Positions 41,816 through 52,494 of a stretch of 64,000 bases of DNA are shown here, piece after piece; position 1 is the stretch's first letter, and every line of letters begins with the position of its first letter. This DNA is from Nitrospirota bacterium (GTDB taxonomy: Bacteria > Nitrospirota > UBA9217), in the NCBI GenBank assembly GCA_963818475.1, contig CAWFSF010000006.1:1088001-1152000 (forward strand), read 5' to 3'. Made by a program: the position numbers and the translations under genes. The notes under the pieces were generated by a model. The model had not been told where the DNA came from and searched no databases. It was given only the letters and a program-made list of their open reading frames with translations.

Positions 41816-42418
41816 ATGAAAAGAATGGGACTTCAGATTCGATCAGCAGGATTCGTGCTGGTGCTGGTATGCGCGGCTTTCACTGCATGTCATGCGCCTC
41901 GATCCGCCCCCCTCCCCCCCATTGAAAGACCATCAAAGCCTGAGGTGCGTTCCACAGAGCTTGAGAAGCGCATTCATGTCCTGGTCAATGGAGAACGAAA
42001 AAAACATGGTCTTTCACCGCTCGCATGGAATGATGCCCTCTCCGGCATTGCGCGTAAACACAGCACTGACATGGCCCAAAGAGGTTATTTCAGCCACATT
42101 TCTCCTGATGATCATGACTTTTCCTATCGGTACAAAAAGGAAGGGTATCAGTGCGCAGTCCGCGGCCGGGGAAATGCCTACTACACCGGTGGGGAAAATA
42201 TCTTTCAAAATAATCTTTACGACCGGGTCCTGATCAGTAACGGTGTCAGGCATTTTGACTGGAACTCTGCGGACAGGATCGCTGAAACGACTGTTGACGG
42301 CTGGATGAAAAGCCCGGGGCACCGGAAGAATATTCTGATGCCCTATTGGGCCAGTGAAGGCATTGGTGTTTCAATCTCACCTGAGGGGAAAGTGTACATT
42401 ACGCAAAATTTCTGCTGA
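41816..42418 (+). CDS. CAP/SCP domain lipoprotein
   Basis: Lipobox FTAC; ARKHSTDM, YFSH, GENI and WMKSPGHRKNIL motifs. Confidence 0.9.
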   Translation: MKRMGLQIRSAGFVLVLVCAAFTACHAPRSAPLPPIERPSKPEVRSTELEKRIHVLVNGERKKHGLSPLAWNDALSGIARKHSTDMAQRGYFSHISPDDHDFSYRYKKEGYQCAVRGRGNAYYTGGENIFQNNLYDRVLISNGVRHFDWNSADRIAETTVDGWMKSPGHRKNILMPYWASEGIGVSISPEGKVYITQNFC

Positions 42419-42435
42419 TACCCACCACTATCCTT

Positions 42436-42822
42436 TTATCCTTTGCAGGCTATAAAATCCATCTCAACGGCAACATCCTTGGGAAGGCGCGAGACTTCGA
42501 CGGTGGCACGCGCCGGCGGGTCGACCGGAAAATAGCTGCCGTACACCTCGTTCACGGCAACGAAATCAGACATGTTCTTCAGATAGATCGTTGCCTTGAC
42601 AACATCCGACATGGCGCAGCCTGCAGAAGTAATGATAGCTTTTGCGTTCTCCATGACCAGTTTTGCCTGCGTTTTTATGTCCGATTGGACGACTTCGCCG
42701 GTCTTCGGGTCGATCGGTATCTGGCCCGATATAAAGACCAGGCCGCCTGCTTTTACCGCCTGAGAATAAGGGCCGATTGCTTTAGGAGCACTATCTGTTG
42801 CAATGATCTCTCGTACCACCAT
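42436..42822 (-). CDS. ridA: RidA family enamine/imine deaminase
   Basis: [16 protein letters not shown] and PARATVEV motifs. Confidence 0.93.
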   Translation of the reverse strand: MVVREIIATDSAPKAIGPYSQAVKAGGLVFISGQIPIDPKTGEVVQSDIKTQAKLVMENAKAIITSAGCAMSDVVKATIYLKNMSDFVAVNEVYGSYFPVDPPARATVEVSRLPKDVAVEMDFIACKG

Positions 42823-42910
42823 AACCTCCACCAATTGATTAGATAATACTCGTAAATATTTGAGATATTTAGCGTATCATGTATTAAAGTAAGCCATTAG
42901 GGCTGCAGCC

Positions 42911-45067
42911 CTACCCGGTTTTAACCCGCTTTACATCGATCACCCCTTTAATGCCTTCAATGTTTTTTATCACCTTGTTCAGATGTTCCACGTCCTTGAT
43001 ATCAAGCGTAAAATTGAGCGTAGCTCCCTTGTTCTCATCCGTTATTGCCTCGGCATGCGTGATATTTGCCTCCAGCGCGCTGATCGATGAAGAAACGCTG
43101 GCAAGGAGGCCGGGTTTGTCTATGGTACGGACCGTTATCTTCACCGCGTGCGCTATGGTCTGGAAATCTCCCCAGGTAACTTCGACCAGACGGTCCTTGT
43201 CAAAAGTGAGTTCACCAACATTCGGACAATCAGCCGTATGAACGGAAACTCCCCTGCCGCGCGTGATAAAACCGACTACCTGGTCTCCGGGAACGGGATT
43301 GCAGCATTTTGAGAGATGGATCATCATATTGTCAAGCCCGCTGATCTTCATCCCCCCGCTCCCGTCGCCTGCGGATTTGACATGCTTGGGAGCTGGTTTT
43401 TTCACCAGCGGTTCCACATGCTGCTTGTCCGGCGCGAGCCTGTTCGCGACCAGGTGCGGAGAAACCTTGCCATAGCCGATTGCGGCAAGCAGGTCGTCGA
43501 TCGTATTATGTGATAGCTCTATGGCAATCTGAGGGAGCTCCTCCGATTTGAGGACCTTGGCGGGGTTCAGGTCGTGTTTGCGGAGCTCCTTTTCGAGCAG
43601 TTCCTTGCCGAGCAGTATGCTTCTCCTGCGTTCTTCGATCTTAAGCCAGGCTTTGATCCTGGTCCGCGCTTTTGAGGTTTTGACGAATTTAAGCCAGTCG
43701 CGGCTCGGCGTATGGCCGGCTTGAGTGATGACTTCGACCTTATCCCCATTTCGTAGCTGGTGCTTGAGGGGAACGATCTTGCCGTTCACCTTGCCGCCAA
43801 CGCACGAGTGTCCGATGTCCGTGTGGATGCTATACGCGAAATCGACTGGTGTCGAACCCTGCGGCAGCTCTCGCACATCTCCCCGGGGCGTAAAGACATA
43901 CACGACCTCCGGGAAAAGGTCGCCCTTGACCGTGTCCATGAACTCTTTTGCGTCAGGGAGGTCCCGTTGCCACTCCAGCAATTGCCGGAGCCAGGCAAAT
44001 TGCTGCTCTTCCCGCTGGCTTACCGGGGATTTTTCCTTGTACCGCCAGTGTGCGGCAATGCCCTCTTCGGCAAGGCGATGCATTTCATCGGTCCGGATCT
44101 GGAACTCCACCCGTTCTCCTTTGGGGCCGATAACCGTAGTATGGAGCGACTGGTAGAGGTTCGACTTGGGTACGCCGATGAAATCCTTGAACCGGCCGGG
44201 GACCGGGGTCCAGAGCGAGTGGATGAGGCCCAGGATGGCGTAGCAATTGACCTTGGTATCGGTGATGATCCGAATCGCGATCAGGTCATAGATGTCGTCA
44301 AAGGAGATGCCCTGCTTCTGCATCTTCTGATAGATGCTGTAGAAGTGCTTGGGCCGACCCTTTACCTCGCCTTTATATCCGTGTTCCGCGAGTTGGCCCC
44401 GCATGGTTTCCATGAGCTCGTTTATATAGGATTCGCGCTCGATGCGGCGCTGGGAGACCTTTTGCGCCACATCCTGATACGCCTCGGGGTTGAGATACAT
44501 GAATGAAAGGTCTTCAAGCTCGATTTTGATCTTGGAAATACCGAGGCGGTTGGCGAGTGGCGCGTAAATATCGAGCGTTTCCTGTGCAATACGCCGCTGC
44601 TTTTCAGGAGCGAGCGACTTCAGCGTACGCATGTTGTGGAGCCGGTCGGCCAGCTTGATCAGGATGACCCTGATGTCCTTGGCCATGGCGACGATCATCT
44701 TGCGAAAATTATCAGCTTCGCGCTGTTCCCGGCTCTGGAGCTCCATGCGGCTTAGTTTTGTCATGCCTTCGACCAGCATGCCCACTTCCTCGCCGAACAG
44801 GCTCTTGATCTCCTCCTGCGTGGAGGTCGTATCCTCGATCGTGTCGTGGAGCAGGCCGGCGGCAACAGTGGCGGCATCGAGCTTGAGGTTGGCGAGAATG
44901 GCCGCGACCTCGATGGGATGGATCAGGTAGGATTCCCCGGAGAGGCGCGTTTGCCCCTGATGGGCCTTGGCTGAAAAGATGTAGGCGCGCCTCAGCAGGT
45001 CCACATCCGCGTCGGGATGATAGCTCTGAATGCGTTCTACGATGTCTTCGAGCCTGATAGCAGGCAT
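42911..45067 (-). CDS. relA: Bifunctional (p)ppGpp synthetase/hydrolase
   Basis: HD domain LHDTIED, KLADRLHNMRTL, YQSLHT, then TGS and ACT domains. Confidence 0.96.
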   Translation of the reverse strand: MPAIRLEDIVERIQSYHPDADVDLLRRAYIFSAKAHQGQTRLSGESYLIHPIEVAAILANLKLDAATVAAGLLHDTIEDTTSTQEEIKSLFGEEVGMLVEGMTKLSRMELQSREQREADNFRKMIVAMAKDIRVILIKLADRLHNMRTLKSLAPEKQRRIAQETLDIYAPLANRLGISKIKIELEDLSFMYLNPEAYQDVAQKVSQRRIERESYINELMETMRGQLAEHGYKGEVKGRPKHFYSIYQKMQKQGISFDDIYDLIAIRIITDTKVNCYAILGLIHSLWTPVPGRFKDFIGVPKSNLYQSLHTTVIGPKGERVEFQIRTDEMHRLAEEGIAAHWRYKEKSPVSQREEQQFAWLRQLLEWQRDLPDAKEFMDTVKGDLFPEVVYVFTPRGDVRELPQGSTPVDFAYSIHTDIGHSCVGGKVNGKIVPLKHQLRNGDKVEVITQAGHTPSRDWLKFVKTSKARTRIKAWLKIEERRRSILLGKELLEKELRKHDLNPAKVLKSEELPQIAIELSHNTIDDLLAAIGYGKVSPHLVANRLAPDKQHVEPLVKKPAPKHVKSAGDGSGGMKISGLDNMMIHLSKCCNPVPGDQVVGFITRGRGVSVHTADCPNVGELTFDKDRLVEVTWGDFQTIAHAVKITVRTIDKPGLLASVSSSISALEANITHAEAITDENKGATLNFTLDIKDVEHLNKVIKNIEGIKGVIDVKRVKTG

Positions 45068-45075
45068 GTTTATTT

Positions 45076-45203
45076 AAGCTCCAAATAACAAGCGTCAAAT
45101 AACAAATAAGCTCCAAACTTAAAAAAACAAGAACCAACCGTTTGAATTTTAGATATTGGAGTTTGGAATTTATTTGGGATTTGTAATTTGTTGTTTGTAG
45201 TTT
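45076..45203. repeat. AT-rich heptamer palindromic element, copy 2
   Basis: Reverse complement shares acaaatcccaaataa and tttggagcttatttgttatttgacgcttgttatttggagctt-like blocks with 32239-32370. Confidence 0.8.
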
Positions 45204-46970
45204 TCTTTTTCACTTTTAATGTCCCGGATCTCGAGCTCAACGTTCGTTTTCCCGTTCCATGCATTGATCCGGGGCGTGAACACGATCGCTACTTTTGAGC
45301 CTTCGACCACTGTTTTGCCCGGCCGCCCTCCCCGGCTGAAGGAAATAGCGCCGAAGGGGCTGCCTCCCTGCTGCCGAAGCAGAAGCTTCAGGTGGTTATT
45401 CCGCACGGTCTTCGATGAGAGGACCATAAGCCCGCGGGCTCCCAGGCGGGGTTCGGGATTTCCCTGGCCAAAGGGCGCCATTTGGTCGATCTCATGCATG
45501 AGATCCAAGGTAAGCTCATCGAGCGTCACAGCGCCATCGACAGCCAGGGTCCGCACAAAACCCTGGGATCTCATCTGCTGCATGACGATCGAACCGAGCC
45601 GTTCCCGGAGTTCGGGGATGCGGTCCTCCTCGACCGTGAAACCGGCAGCATATTTGTGGCCGCCGAACCCGAGAAGCAGGTCGGAACAGGCGGACAATCC
45701 CTGGTAGAGGTCAAACCCCGGGATGCTCCGTGCCGAACCTTTGCCGATGCCGTCCTTCACGGAAATGAGAGCGGCAGGCCGGTAGAATTCTTCCACGATC
45801 CTCGACGCCACTATCCCGATGACGCCAGGGTGCCAGTCAGCGGATGCCAGTACAAGCGCCCCGGTCATGGCCATGTCCAGCGTCTTGCATTTGGTCCTGG
45901 CTTCTTCCTGAATGATTTCCTCAACGGCCTGGCGCTCCCGGTTGATGTCGTCGAGCATGGACGCCAGTTCACGTGCCTCGTCGGGAGACTCCGTGGTGAG
46001 CAGTCTGAAGGCGGCATCGGCACGGTTAAGCCGACCGCTCGCATTGATCCGGGGGGCGAGTGAAAACCCCACAGCCCCCACGCCGATCTTTTTTCCTTCA
46101 AGGCCGGCAACTGCTTTGAGCGCTGCAACACCTTTCCGTTGTGAACCGTTGTGAGCCGACAGGTCTTCAAGACCGTGCTTCACCAATATCCGGTTCTCGC
46201 CGGTGATCGTACCCACATCAGCGATCGTGCCGAGGGCAACCAGGTCGAGGTATTGCCTCAGCCGCTGGTCGTCCGCCGGGGCGTCCAGGAGGGCCTGCGC
46301 CAGTTTGAACGCCATGCCGACCCCGGTCAGCCCTGCAACCTCTTTTTTAACACGGTCCGGCGTCTCCCCGGATGACCAGCTTTGGATGCAGAACAGCGTA
46401 TGCATCAGGAAGCGCGATAGCAGCGTTGCCGGAAATATCTGCCTGCTTGATAAACTCATGGTGATCGGTAACGATGAGGTCGATCGACAGCGAGCGGGCC
46501 GTATTTGCCTGGTCCATGGCGCTGATCCCGCAATCAACGGTAATAACGATCGAAACCCCTGAAGACTTGAGCGTATGCAGTGCAGTGCAATGCAGGCCAT
46601 AGCCTTCGCTCATGCGGTCGGGAATGTAGCAGAGGACATCGGCATTCAGGCTTTTCAATACCAGAAAAAGGAGCGCCGCCCCGGTCACGCCATCGACATC
46701 ATAGTCGCCATAGATTGCGATCTTCTCACGGCCTGAAAGAGCCGCTCGAATCCTGCTGGTGGCTTTTTCTATGCCTGCGAAGATCCCCGGTCCGGACAGT
46801 GCCGCGAGCTCGCAGGAGAGAAAGGCCCGCACGTCAGCAGGGTCGGCGATCCCCCGGTTGGCCATCAGTCTGGCAATGAGCGGATGGATCCCTGCCTGAC
46901 CCGAGAGCGCGGCTGCAACTGCTGCGTCGGATTCCGCAAGAACCCACTTTATTGGAGCAGAAACGGTCAA
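45170..46970 (-). CDS. recJ: ssDNA exonuclease RecJ (indel near 46370)
   Basis: YGDYDVDG, TVDCG, TDHH, LGTIADV, KGSARS and GGHKYAAG motifs. Confidence 0.94.
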
Positions 46971-47159
46971 TTAACCCTTATTCTCTTTTTTGGCGGCATC
47001 TGAGCCGTTGTCCTGGTTTGGTGAGTCGGAAATCCCCTTTTTGAAGCCCTTAATGGCTTTCCCCAGTCCCTCACCGAGCTGGGGAAGACGGTTTGCACCG
47101 AAGATCACGAGCACGATGACCAAAATTATGATCAGTTCCGGCATTCCGAGTCCGAACAT
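46971..47159 (-). CDS. tatA: Twin-arginine translocase subunit TatA
   Basis: [36 protein letters not shown]. Confidence 0.95.
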   Translation of the reverse strand: MFGLGMPELIIILVIVLVIFGANRLPQLGEGLGKAIKGFKKGISDSPNQDNGSDAAKKENKG

Positions 47160-47722
47160 GTTGCCTCCTTATATTGCTGCGGGGTATTCAGATTGATGAA
47201 CGATCGCCGCTCTGGATCAAATCGGCTGATTTCCTTTTCAGTAACGTACCGTACGTTTGCGCGAACGAATATGCCCTGTATCCGGCGCTCATTCTCGCGT
47301 ATCCGCTCCTCTATCACGGGAAGCAGCTTCTTGCTGTACACGGCATGGAGCGGCTCGGTCTGTTCTCCAACAGCGGGCACCACCGCATCGTACCCCGGCG
47401 CCAGTTCCATCAGGTAGGAAAGAAGCCCCGCGTTCAGGAACGGCATGTCGCAGGCGACCACGATATTGTATTCACTCTCGGAACTGCAGATGCCGGAATA
47501 CATGCCGGTCAACGGGCCCCGTTGGTCCAACCTGTCCGTGACGACCCTGGCATCGTAGGCACTATAGCGTTCCGGTGAGTTGGTCACGATAATGATCTGG
47601 CGAACTACAGACCGAAGCGCCCGCAGAACATGCTCTATCATGGGCATTCCTGCAACCGTCAGGAAGGCTTTATCAACGCCCATGCGTTTGTTCTCTCCAC
47701 CGGCGAGGATGATACCTGTCAT
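47132..47722 (-). CDS. mobA: Molybdenum cofactor guanylyltransferase
   Basis: [33 protein letters not shown] and NLNTP motifs. Confidence 0.93.
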   Translation of the reverse strand: MTGIILAGGENKRMGVDKAFLTVAGMPMIEHVLRALRSVVRQIIIVTNSPERYSAYDARVVTDRLDQRGPLTGMYSGICSSESEYNIVVACDMPFLNAGLLSYLMELAPGYDAVVPAVGEQTEPLHAVYSKKLLPVIEERIRENERRIQGIFVRANVRYVTEKEISRFDPERRSFINLNTPQQYKEATCSDSECRN

Positions 47723-47727
47723 AATTA

Positions 47728-47756
47728 AAATTACAGTATTTACAATGAGGTGTCAA
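47728..47756 (-). promoter_or_regulatory. Sigma70 promoter of mobA (apparently leaderless)
   Basis: TTGACA-17bp-TAATTT ending 5 nt before the ATG. Confidence 0.6.
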
Positions 47757-47882
47757 TAACGAACTTTCTTGTTGCGCAGTATCCCCGCTCAAAAAGGCTC
47801 TGATGTTCCTGTGGCCGTACACTGCTCAAAGGATAACTGCAAGATGTCGTGCCTGTTGAAGTTCTAAAATTTGAGCTTTACG

Positions 47883-47911
47883 TTGACAAACTATTTAAAA
47901 ATACCTATACT
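47883..47911 (+). promoter_or_regulatory. Sigma70 promoter of the leader ORF (apparently leaderless)
   Basis: TTGACA-17bp-TATACT ending 6 nt before ATG 47918. Confidence 0.75.
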
Positions 47912-47917
47912 GCGTTC

Positions 47918-48202
47918 ATGAGATGGCAATCTATCATCGTGCTTCTGGCGATCGCTCTCAGTATCGTTGTGCCGCCTGCGCTGCCGATCATGGCCGCCCA
48001 GGGCGGGCAGGCTGAGATCGGAACGCTTGATGTCTGCCACTCGGCAACACCCGCACTGTCATCGAACGGTGACATGCCCTGTATCAATGAAGGTATGAAC
48101 CTGCTCCTTCCCCAGGAGCTCAGCACGGTTTCTGCAGTTGCAGCTCCCCGATCCAAGCCATTCTGTATTGCCTTTCAAGACGAACGTCCTCCAAAAAGCT
48201 GA
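47918..48202 (+). CDS. Putative CutF/CruR-like (DUF2946-like) regulatory leader protein with RPP arrest motif
   Basis: Signal-like N-terminus, LDVCH..DMPC..FC Cys residues, C-terminal QDERPPKS; first gene of a metal-related operon. Confidence 0.65.
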   Translation: MRWQSIIVLLAIALSIVVPPALPIMAAQGGQAEIGTLDVCHSATPALSSNGDMPCINEGMNLLLPQELSTVSAVAAPRSKPFCIAFQDERPPKS

Positions 48203-48408
48203 TCGCTGGTACCAGACCGAAGTTGTGAGTATTCCTCCCCGGAATAGGTATGCGCACGTCTGCGCGTGCCCGTAAGCTCGGCTCCGCTTCGGCAATATCC
48301 GTTGTTTTAGTGTTTCATACATGGTATTTCCGATGCGGAGCCATTTTCTCTGGGTGCCGTTATTTGTCCCGATGTCAACGCAGCATATCACAGGGTAGTA
48401 AAGAAACC

Positions 48409-48903
48409 ATGAGTAAAATTATTGCCACAGCGCTCATTCTGATTGTCATCGCACCTGTTTATGCATATTCGGTCCAGATCGGAGCAAGGGCTCCATTATT
48501 CACGCTCCCTGACTTGAATGGAAGAACCATTTCGCTGGAACAGTTCAAGGGTAAGGTCGTGTTTCTGGATTTTTGGGCGCCCTGGTGCATCCCTTGCAAA
48601 GAAGAGCTTCCTGAGCTCGACACGCTGTTAAAAAAATACGGCGAAGAAGGTTTTGTGGTCATCGGAATGAGCGTAGACACGTCTGATAAGGATGTATTGA
48701 CGTTCTTGAAAAAAGTTCCCTTGAGCGTTCATATCCTGATTGATAAAAAGAACGAGGTCTCTGACGCCTATCGTGTTTCCAGTCTGCCGACCGGATTCAT
48801 TATCAGCAGAGACGGCATCATCGAGTACCGGCACAGGGGTTTCGACAAGGGGCTCCTGCCTGTGTATGAAAAAGAAATAAACGCGTTGTTGAAACAACCA
48901 TAA
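48409..48903 (+). CDS. TlpA/ResA family thiol-disulfide oxidoreductase
   Basis: APLFTL, FWAPWCIPCKEELP and cis-Pro LPT; signal peptide. Confidence 0.92.
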   Translation: MSKIIATALILIVIAPVYAYSVQIGARAPLFTLPDLNGRTISLEQFKGKVVFLDFWAPWCIPCKEELPELDTLLKKYGEEGFVVIGMSVDTSDKDVLTFLKKVPLSVHILIDKKNEVSDAYRVSSLPTGFIISRDGIIEYRHRGFDKGLLPVYEKEINALLKQP

Positions 48904-48926
48904 ATCATTTATCTGGAGGATCGAGC

Positions 48927-50483
48927 ATGCGTTCACTTAGATCACAGGCATCAGGTTTACTCATCGTCGCAGCAATGTTTTTATTTGCCGGGTGCGGGAA
49001 CTCCGACTCCCCTTCTCCAGCAACGTCAACGACCATAACCGGAAGCGTATTTGCGGCTCCGGTTGCAGGTGCGACAGTCGTAGTCATGAATTCAAGCGGC
49101 ACTGCAACTATTGCGGGACCGGTTACCACGCTCGATGACGGCACCTATAGCGTAAACGTCCCGAATGCTGCACTGACAGCTGATCTGATCATATCTGCGA
49201 CGTCGGGTACCTTTACGGATGAGGCCACGTCAACGGACGTGACCGCAGGGACGCTGGCAGCCTACGTGGCTGGTGGCAGCCTGACCGGCGGTTCAGCGGT
49301 GCACCTTGATCCTTCTTCGACAATCGTTCATGATCTCGTAACTTCCGGTTCAGGCACATCAGTATCCGTTGCAATGTCCCTGTTTGGCGCATCGTTCGGA
49401 TATCTTCCCGACACGTCCGTAGCGCCTAAAGATCCGGATGCTCCACTCACCGACGGTTCCGACGCGTTGCGACGGCTCGCCGGACTGCGTGCCGCTGCAT
49501 TCAGCCGGATCACCTATGACCTCGGCCTCACGCCGGGACAGCAATTCGACCTCATCAAAGCCATGGCAAAAGACCTTTCCGATGGGACAGCAGACGGGCT
49601 GTATAATGGCGCCGCAATCGAGATCATTCCCGGAATAAATTTGCCCGCGGACTGGAAAACCCGGTTCGAGAGCGCTATGACGACCATGGCGAATGTACGA
49701 CTGACGAACTCCTACCGGGTCACCTATATGCCGGAAATGGGCATGATGGCCCCCAGGACGGGGAAATCGAAATTTCAGATCAGGGTCGTAAAGCGAATTG
49801 ATGATACGCCAGGCACTGGACTTGCGCTGAAGATAAAGCCATTAATGCACATGGTCAATGGAACAAATCACTCAACACCCGTAGATATTGTATCGGAATC
49901 CACCACTACTGCCGGCACATATGACTGCACGGCATACTATCTAATGGCATCCGGTATGAGCATGGGGTTCTGGGACCTCAAGGTGGATATCGCCGACGGA
50001 ACAACAACGGAATCCGCAATGTTTTTTCCGTCCGTCGGTATGGCTATGGGCACAAACACGGTCCGTGCCACGCTGAAGGGACAGGCCGATATCATCAGCA
50101 GTATGAGCGGAACGGAAAAACGTTCTTACTATTTGTTCAAAGATGGTTTGGCAACCGGCGGCACAAGTACATTTGATTTATTCATTGCCGCCAAGCAGAG
50201 CATGATGAGCTATCCTGCTGTATCGTTCGGTACCGTGTTAAGCAACCCTACCGGCACGGTGACATCGATGACCGTCGATGCCTCAACTGATGGAGGCTCA
50301 ACCTGGGCTGCAGCACTAGACAATTCCAACGGTCACTGGAGCGTACCTGGACTGACAGGCCTTGTCTCCGGCACTACAGGCACCATCTTTGTGAAAATGA
50401 CCGTCAATGGAGAAGCTAAAACCACTGATGGCAACGTGGCTACAGGAACGAACGATTACGCAACATTCATTGTGAAGCCGTAA
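48927..50483 (+). CDS. Lipoprotein with Ig-like and Met/His-rich YtkA/FixH-like domains
   Basis: Lipobox FAGC; PLMHM..HSTP..YYLMASGMSMGFW, MPEMGMM and GMAMG motifs. Confidence 0.7.
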   Translation: MRSLRSQASGLLIVAAMFLFAGCGNSDSPSPATSTTITGSVFAAPVAGATVVVMNSSGTATIAGPVTTLDDGTYSVNVPNAALTADLIISATSGTFTDEATSTDVTAGTLAAYVAGGSLTGGSAVHLDPSSTIVHDLVTSGSGTSVSVAMSLFGASFGYLPDTSVAPKDPDAPLTDGSDALRRLAGLRAAAFSRITYDLGLTPGQQFDLIKAMAKDLSDGTADGLYNGAAIEIIPGINLPADWKTRFESAMTTMANVRLTNSYRVTYMPEMGMMAPRTGKSKFQIRVVKRIDDTPGTGLALKIKPLMHMVNGTNHSTPVDIVSESTTTAGTYDCTAYYLMASGMSMGFWDLKVDIADGTTTESAMFFPSVGMAMGTNTVRATLKGQADIISSMSGTEKRSYYLFKDGLATGGTSTFDLFIAAKQSMMSYPAVSFGTVLSNPTGTVTSMTVDASTDGGSTWAAALDNSNGHWSVPGLTGLVSGTTGTIFVKMTVNGEAKTTDGNVATGTNDYATFIVKP

Positions 50484-50501
50484 CATCGGAAAAGGATACT
50501 T

Positions 50502-51476
50502 ATGCAAAACAAGATCCTTAAAATACTCTGTGCGGCCCTGTTTCTTGGGGCCGCATGCCTCTTCTCCCAGCCGGCCTTGGCGGGCTCCTGCTGCGGCGGC
50601 GGGGGCGGTTCGACACTGCTGTTGCCGAAGTTCTATCAGGCCATGGTCGATGTTTCTTTTGAGCTGGAAAAATACGACGGGTTCTGGAATCAGGATGGGA
50701 AGTATACTCACGACCCCCCAGGATCGGATCTTCGGCAATACCGTCTGAATGCGGGGTATGCCCGGCGTTTTTCAAAAAAATGGCAGACCAGCGTCCTCGT
50801 TCCTTATGTCTGGAACGTCAATAAATATGAAAACAGTACCCATCGAAAGGACGGAATCGGCGACACGACATTGAGCCTCTGGTATGAGGCGCTTGACGAT
50901 ATTTCTGCCTGGCGAATACGCGATCTGAAGGACCTGACGCCCTCGATCACGGTCGGTCCTTCTTTGATCATTCCCACCGGTATCTCGCCCTACGACGGAG
51001 TGCCCAGCGAAGATGTGACGGGACGGGGATTCTACAGGCTCGATGGAAACATCATTATCACGAAAACCCTCCATCCCTGGAGCGCTTCAGCATCTCTCAG
51101 CTATGGGAGTCATCTCGAAAGATCTGTCAATCGGGAATTGGACTATGTCCCTCCGTACCGAAAAAAACTTGGAGACCGATCGTCAGCCTCCATCTCATTA
51201 AGCTACATCTATTACGTCGGGTCGGGTGGAGATGCCCTGACCTTCACTGCATCGCTGTCGGATTTGCGTGAAGCAGATGCGACCAGAGACGGCAACCGGA
51301 TCGAGAACAGCGGATTTCAAAAAGACTTCATCGGCGGAACCATCGCTTACTCAAGCACGGATCATGATTGGGGTGTCAGAACGGCATGGAGTCACACGGT
51401 CAAGCAAGACGGATGGGGGAAAAACTTCCCCGCAACCGACATCTATACCATAGGGGTGAATCATGGGTTCCGATAA
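50502..51476 (+). CDS. Outer-membrane beta-barrel (putative transporter) with N-terminal CC motif
   Basis: Signal peptide ALA|GSCCGGGGG; amphipathic strands, GIGDTTL, PTG, terminal GFR. Confidence 0.7.
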   Translation: MQNKILKILCAALFLGAACLFSQPALAGSCCGGGGGSTLLLPKFYQAMVDVSFELEKYDGFWNQDGKYTHDPPGSDLRQYRLNAGYARRFSKKWQTSVLVPYVWNVNKYENSTHRKDGIGDTTLSLWYEALDDISAWRIRDLKDLTPSITVGPSLIIPTGISPYDGVPSEDVTGRGFYRLDGNIIITKTLHPWSASASLSYGSHLERSVNRELDYVPPYRKKLGDRSSASISLSYIYYVGSGGDALTFTASLSDLREADATRDGNRIENSGFQKDFIGGTIAYSSTDHDWGVRTAWSHTVKQDGWGKNFPATDIYTIGVNHGFR

Positions 51477-51993
51477 TATACGCCTGTTGTTACTGGGGAT
51501 AATCCTAGCCGTTCTTACGGGATGCGGCGGCATGATGGACGATCTTAATCCGTCTAACAGCGACAAACACCATGTTGGACAAATTGCTCCGGATTTCACA
51601 CTTTCCGACACTCTCGGGACCAGCATCACACTCTCGACTGCACTTACAGGAACTAGTGTGAACGGTGTTGTCCTCTACTTCACCATGTGGTGCCCGACCT
51701 GCGACGTTCATATGAGCAACATGCGAAGTTCCCATATCCCCAACTTTCCTAATGTGCGTTTTTTTGCCGTGGATTATGTGTCCAGCACTGTTGCTGATGC
51801 CCGCAATTCAGAGCTATCGAACGGGTATGCAGGATCAGGATTCATTGTTCTGGCTGACACGGGTCAGACTGTTCTGAATCTTTACCATGGTACAATGGGA
51901 ACCACTGTTGTCATAGACAAGACCGGAGTGATACGGATGAACGAGGATTATAAGGACGATAGACTGACGGCCGCCCTCGCTGCATTGCCGTAA
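51463..51993 (+). CDS. Redoxin-fold lipoprotein (CxxC)
   Basis: Lipobox LTGC; APDFTL and FTMWCPTC motifs. Confidence 0.85.
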   Translation: MGSDNIRLLLLGIILAVLTGCGGMMDDLNPSNSDKHHVGQIAPDFTLSDTLGTSITLSTALTGTSVNGVVLYFTMWCPTCDVHMSNMRSSHIPNFPNVRFFAVDYVSSTVADARNSELSNGYAGSGFIVLADTGQTVLNLYHGTMGTTVVIDKTGVIRMNEDYKDDRLTAALAALP

Positions 51994-52027
51994 CCCGGTC
52001 TTTCGATTAAAACTAGGAGCATATATC

Positions 52028-52494
52028 ATGAAGCAGATATTTATAGTCGCTGTCCAAACTCTGGTACTGCTGTGCGCAACCGGAGCAAACGTCCTTGCCC
52101 AGGACGATATCAGTAAGTCACCGTTCATGCGGCAATTGCGGAATGGACCGAAAGGCCTACGGGTTTCAGCCGTATGTTGATCCAGTACGAGGACGGGACT
52201 GTGGTGGGCACCTGCAGCCTGCACTGTGCAGTCGTTGAGCTCGATGCGAATCCGGGGCGCGTTGTAAAGTCCCTGCTCGTTGCTGACCGGGAATCGCGGA
52301 TACTGCTGGAGGCTGAAAAGGCCGTCTGGGTCATGGGGGGTAAGAAGCGCGGTGTCATGACGGAACTGCCCACGTGGGCCTTTCAGTCAAAGGAAGGCGC
52401 CGAAACGTTTATGAAGGCGAACGGCGGCAAGATCACGACTTGGACTGAAGTTCTTGCTGCTGCACGCGATGAAGTAAAACGAAAAACACGATAG
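52028..52494 (+). CDS. nosL: NosL family copper chaperone (two indels near 52117 and 52163)
   Basis: Reconstructed HRSCGNCGMDRKAYGFSRML..GTCSLHC..GVMT..AFQSKEGAETF..GG. Confidence 0.78.

Noticed and set aside
48250-48408. N-terminal extension of TlpA (217-aa ORF)
   Set aside because: The signal peptide starts at ATG 48409; the upstream part is better explained as structured RNA.
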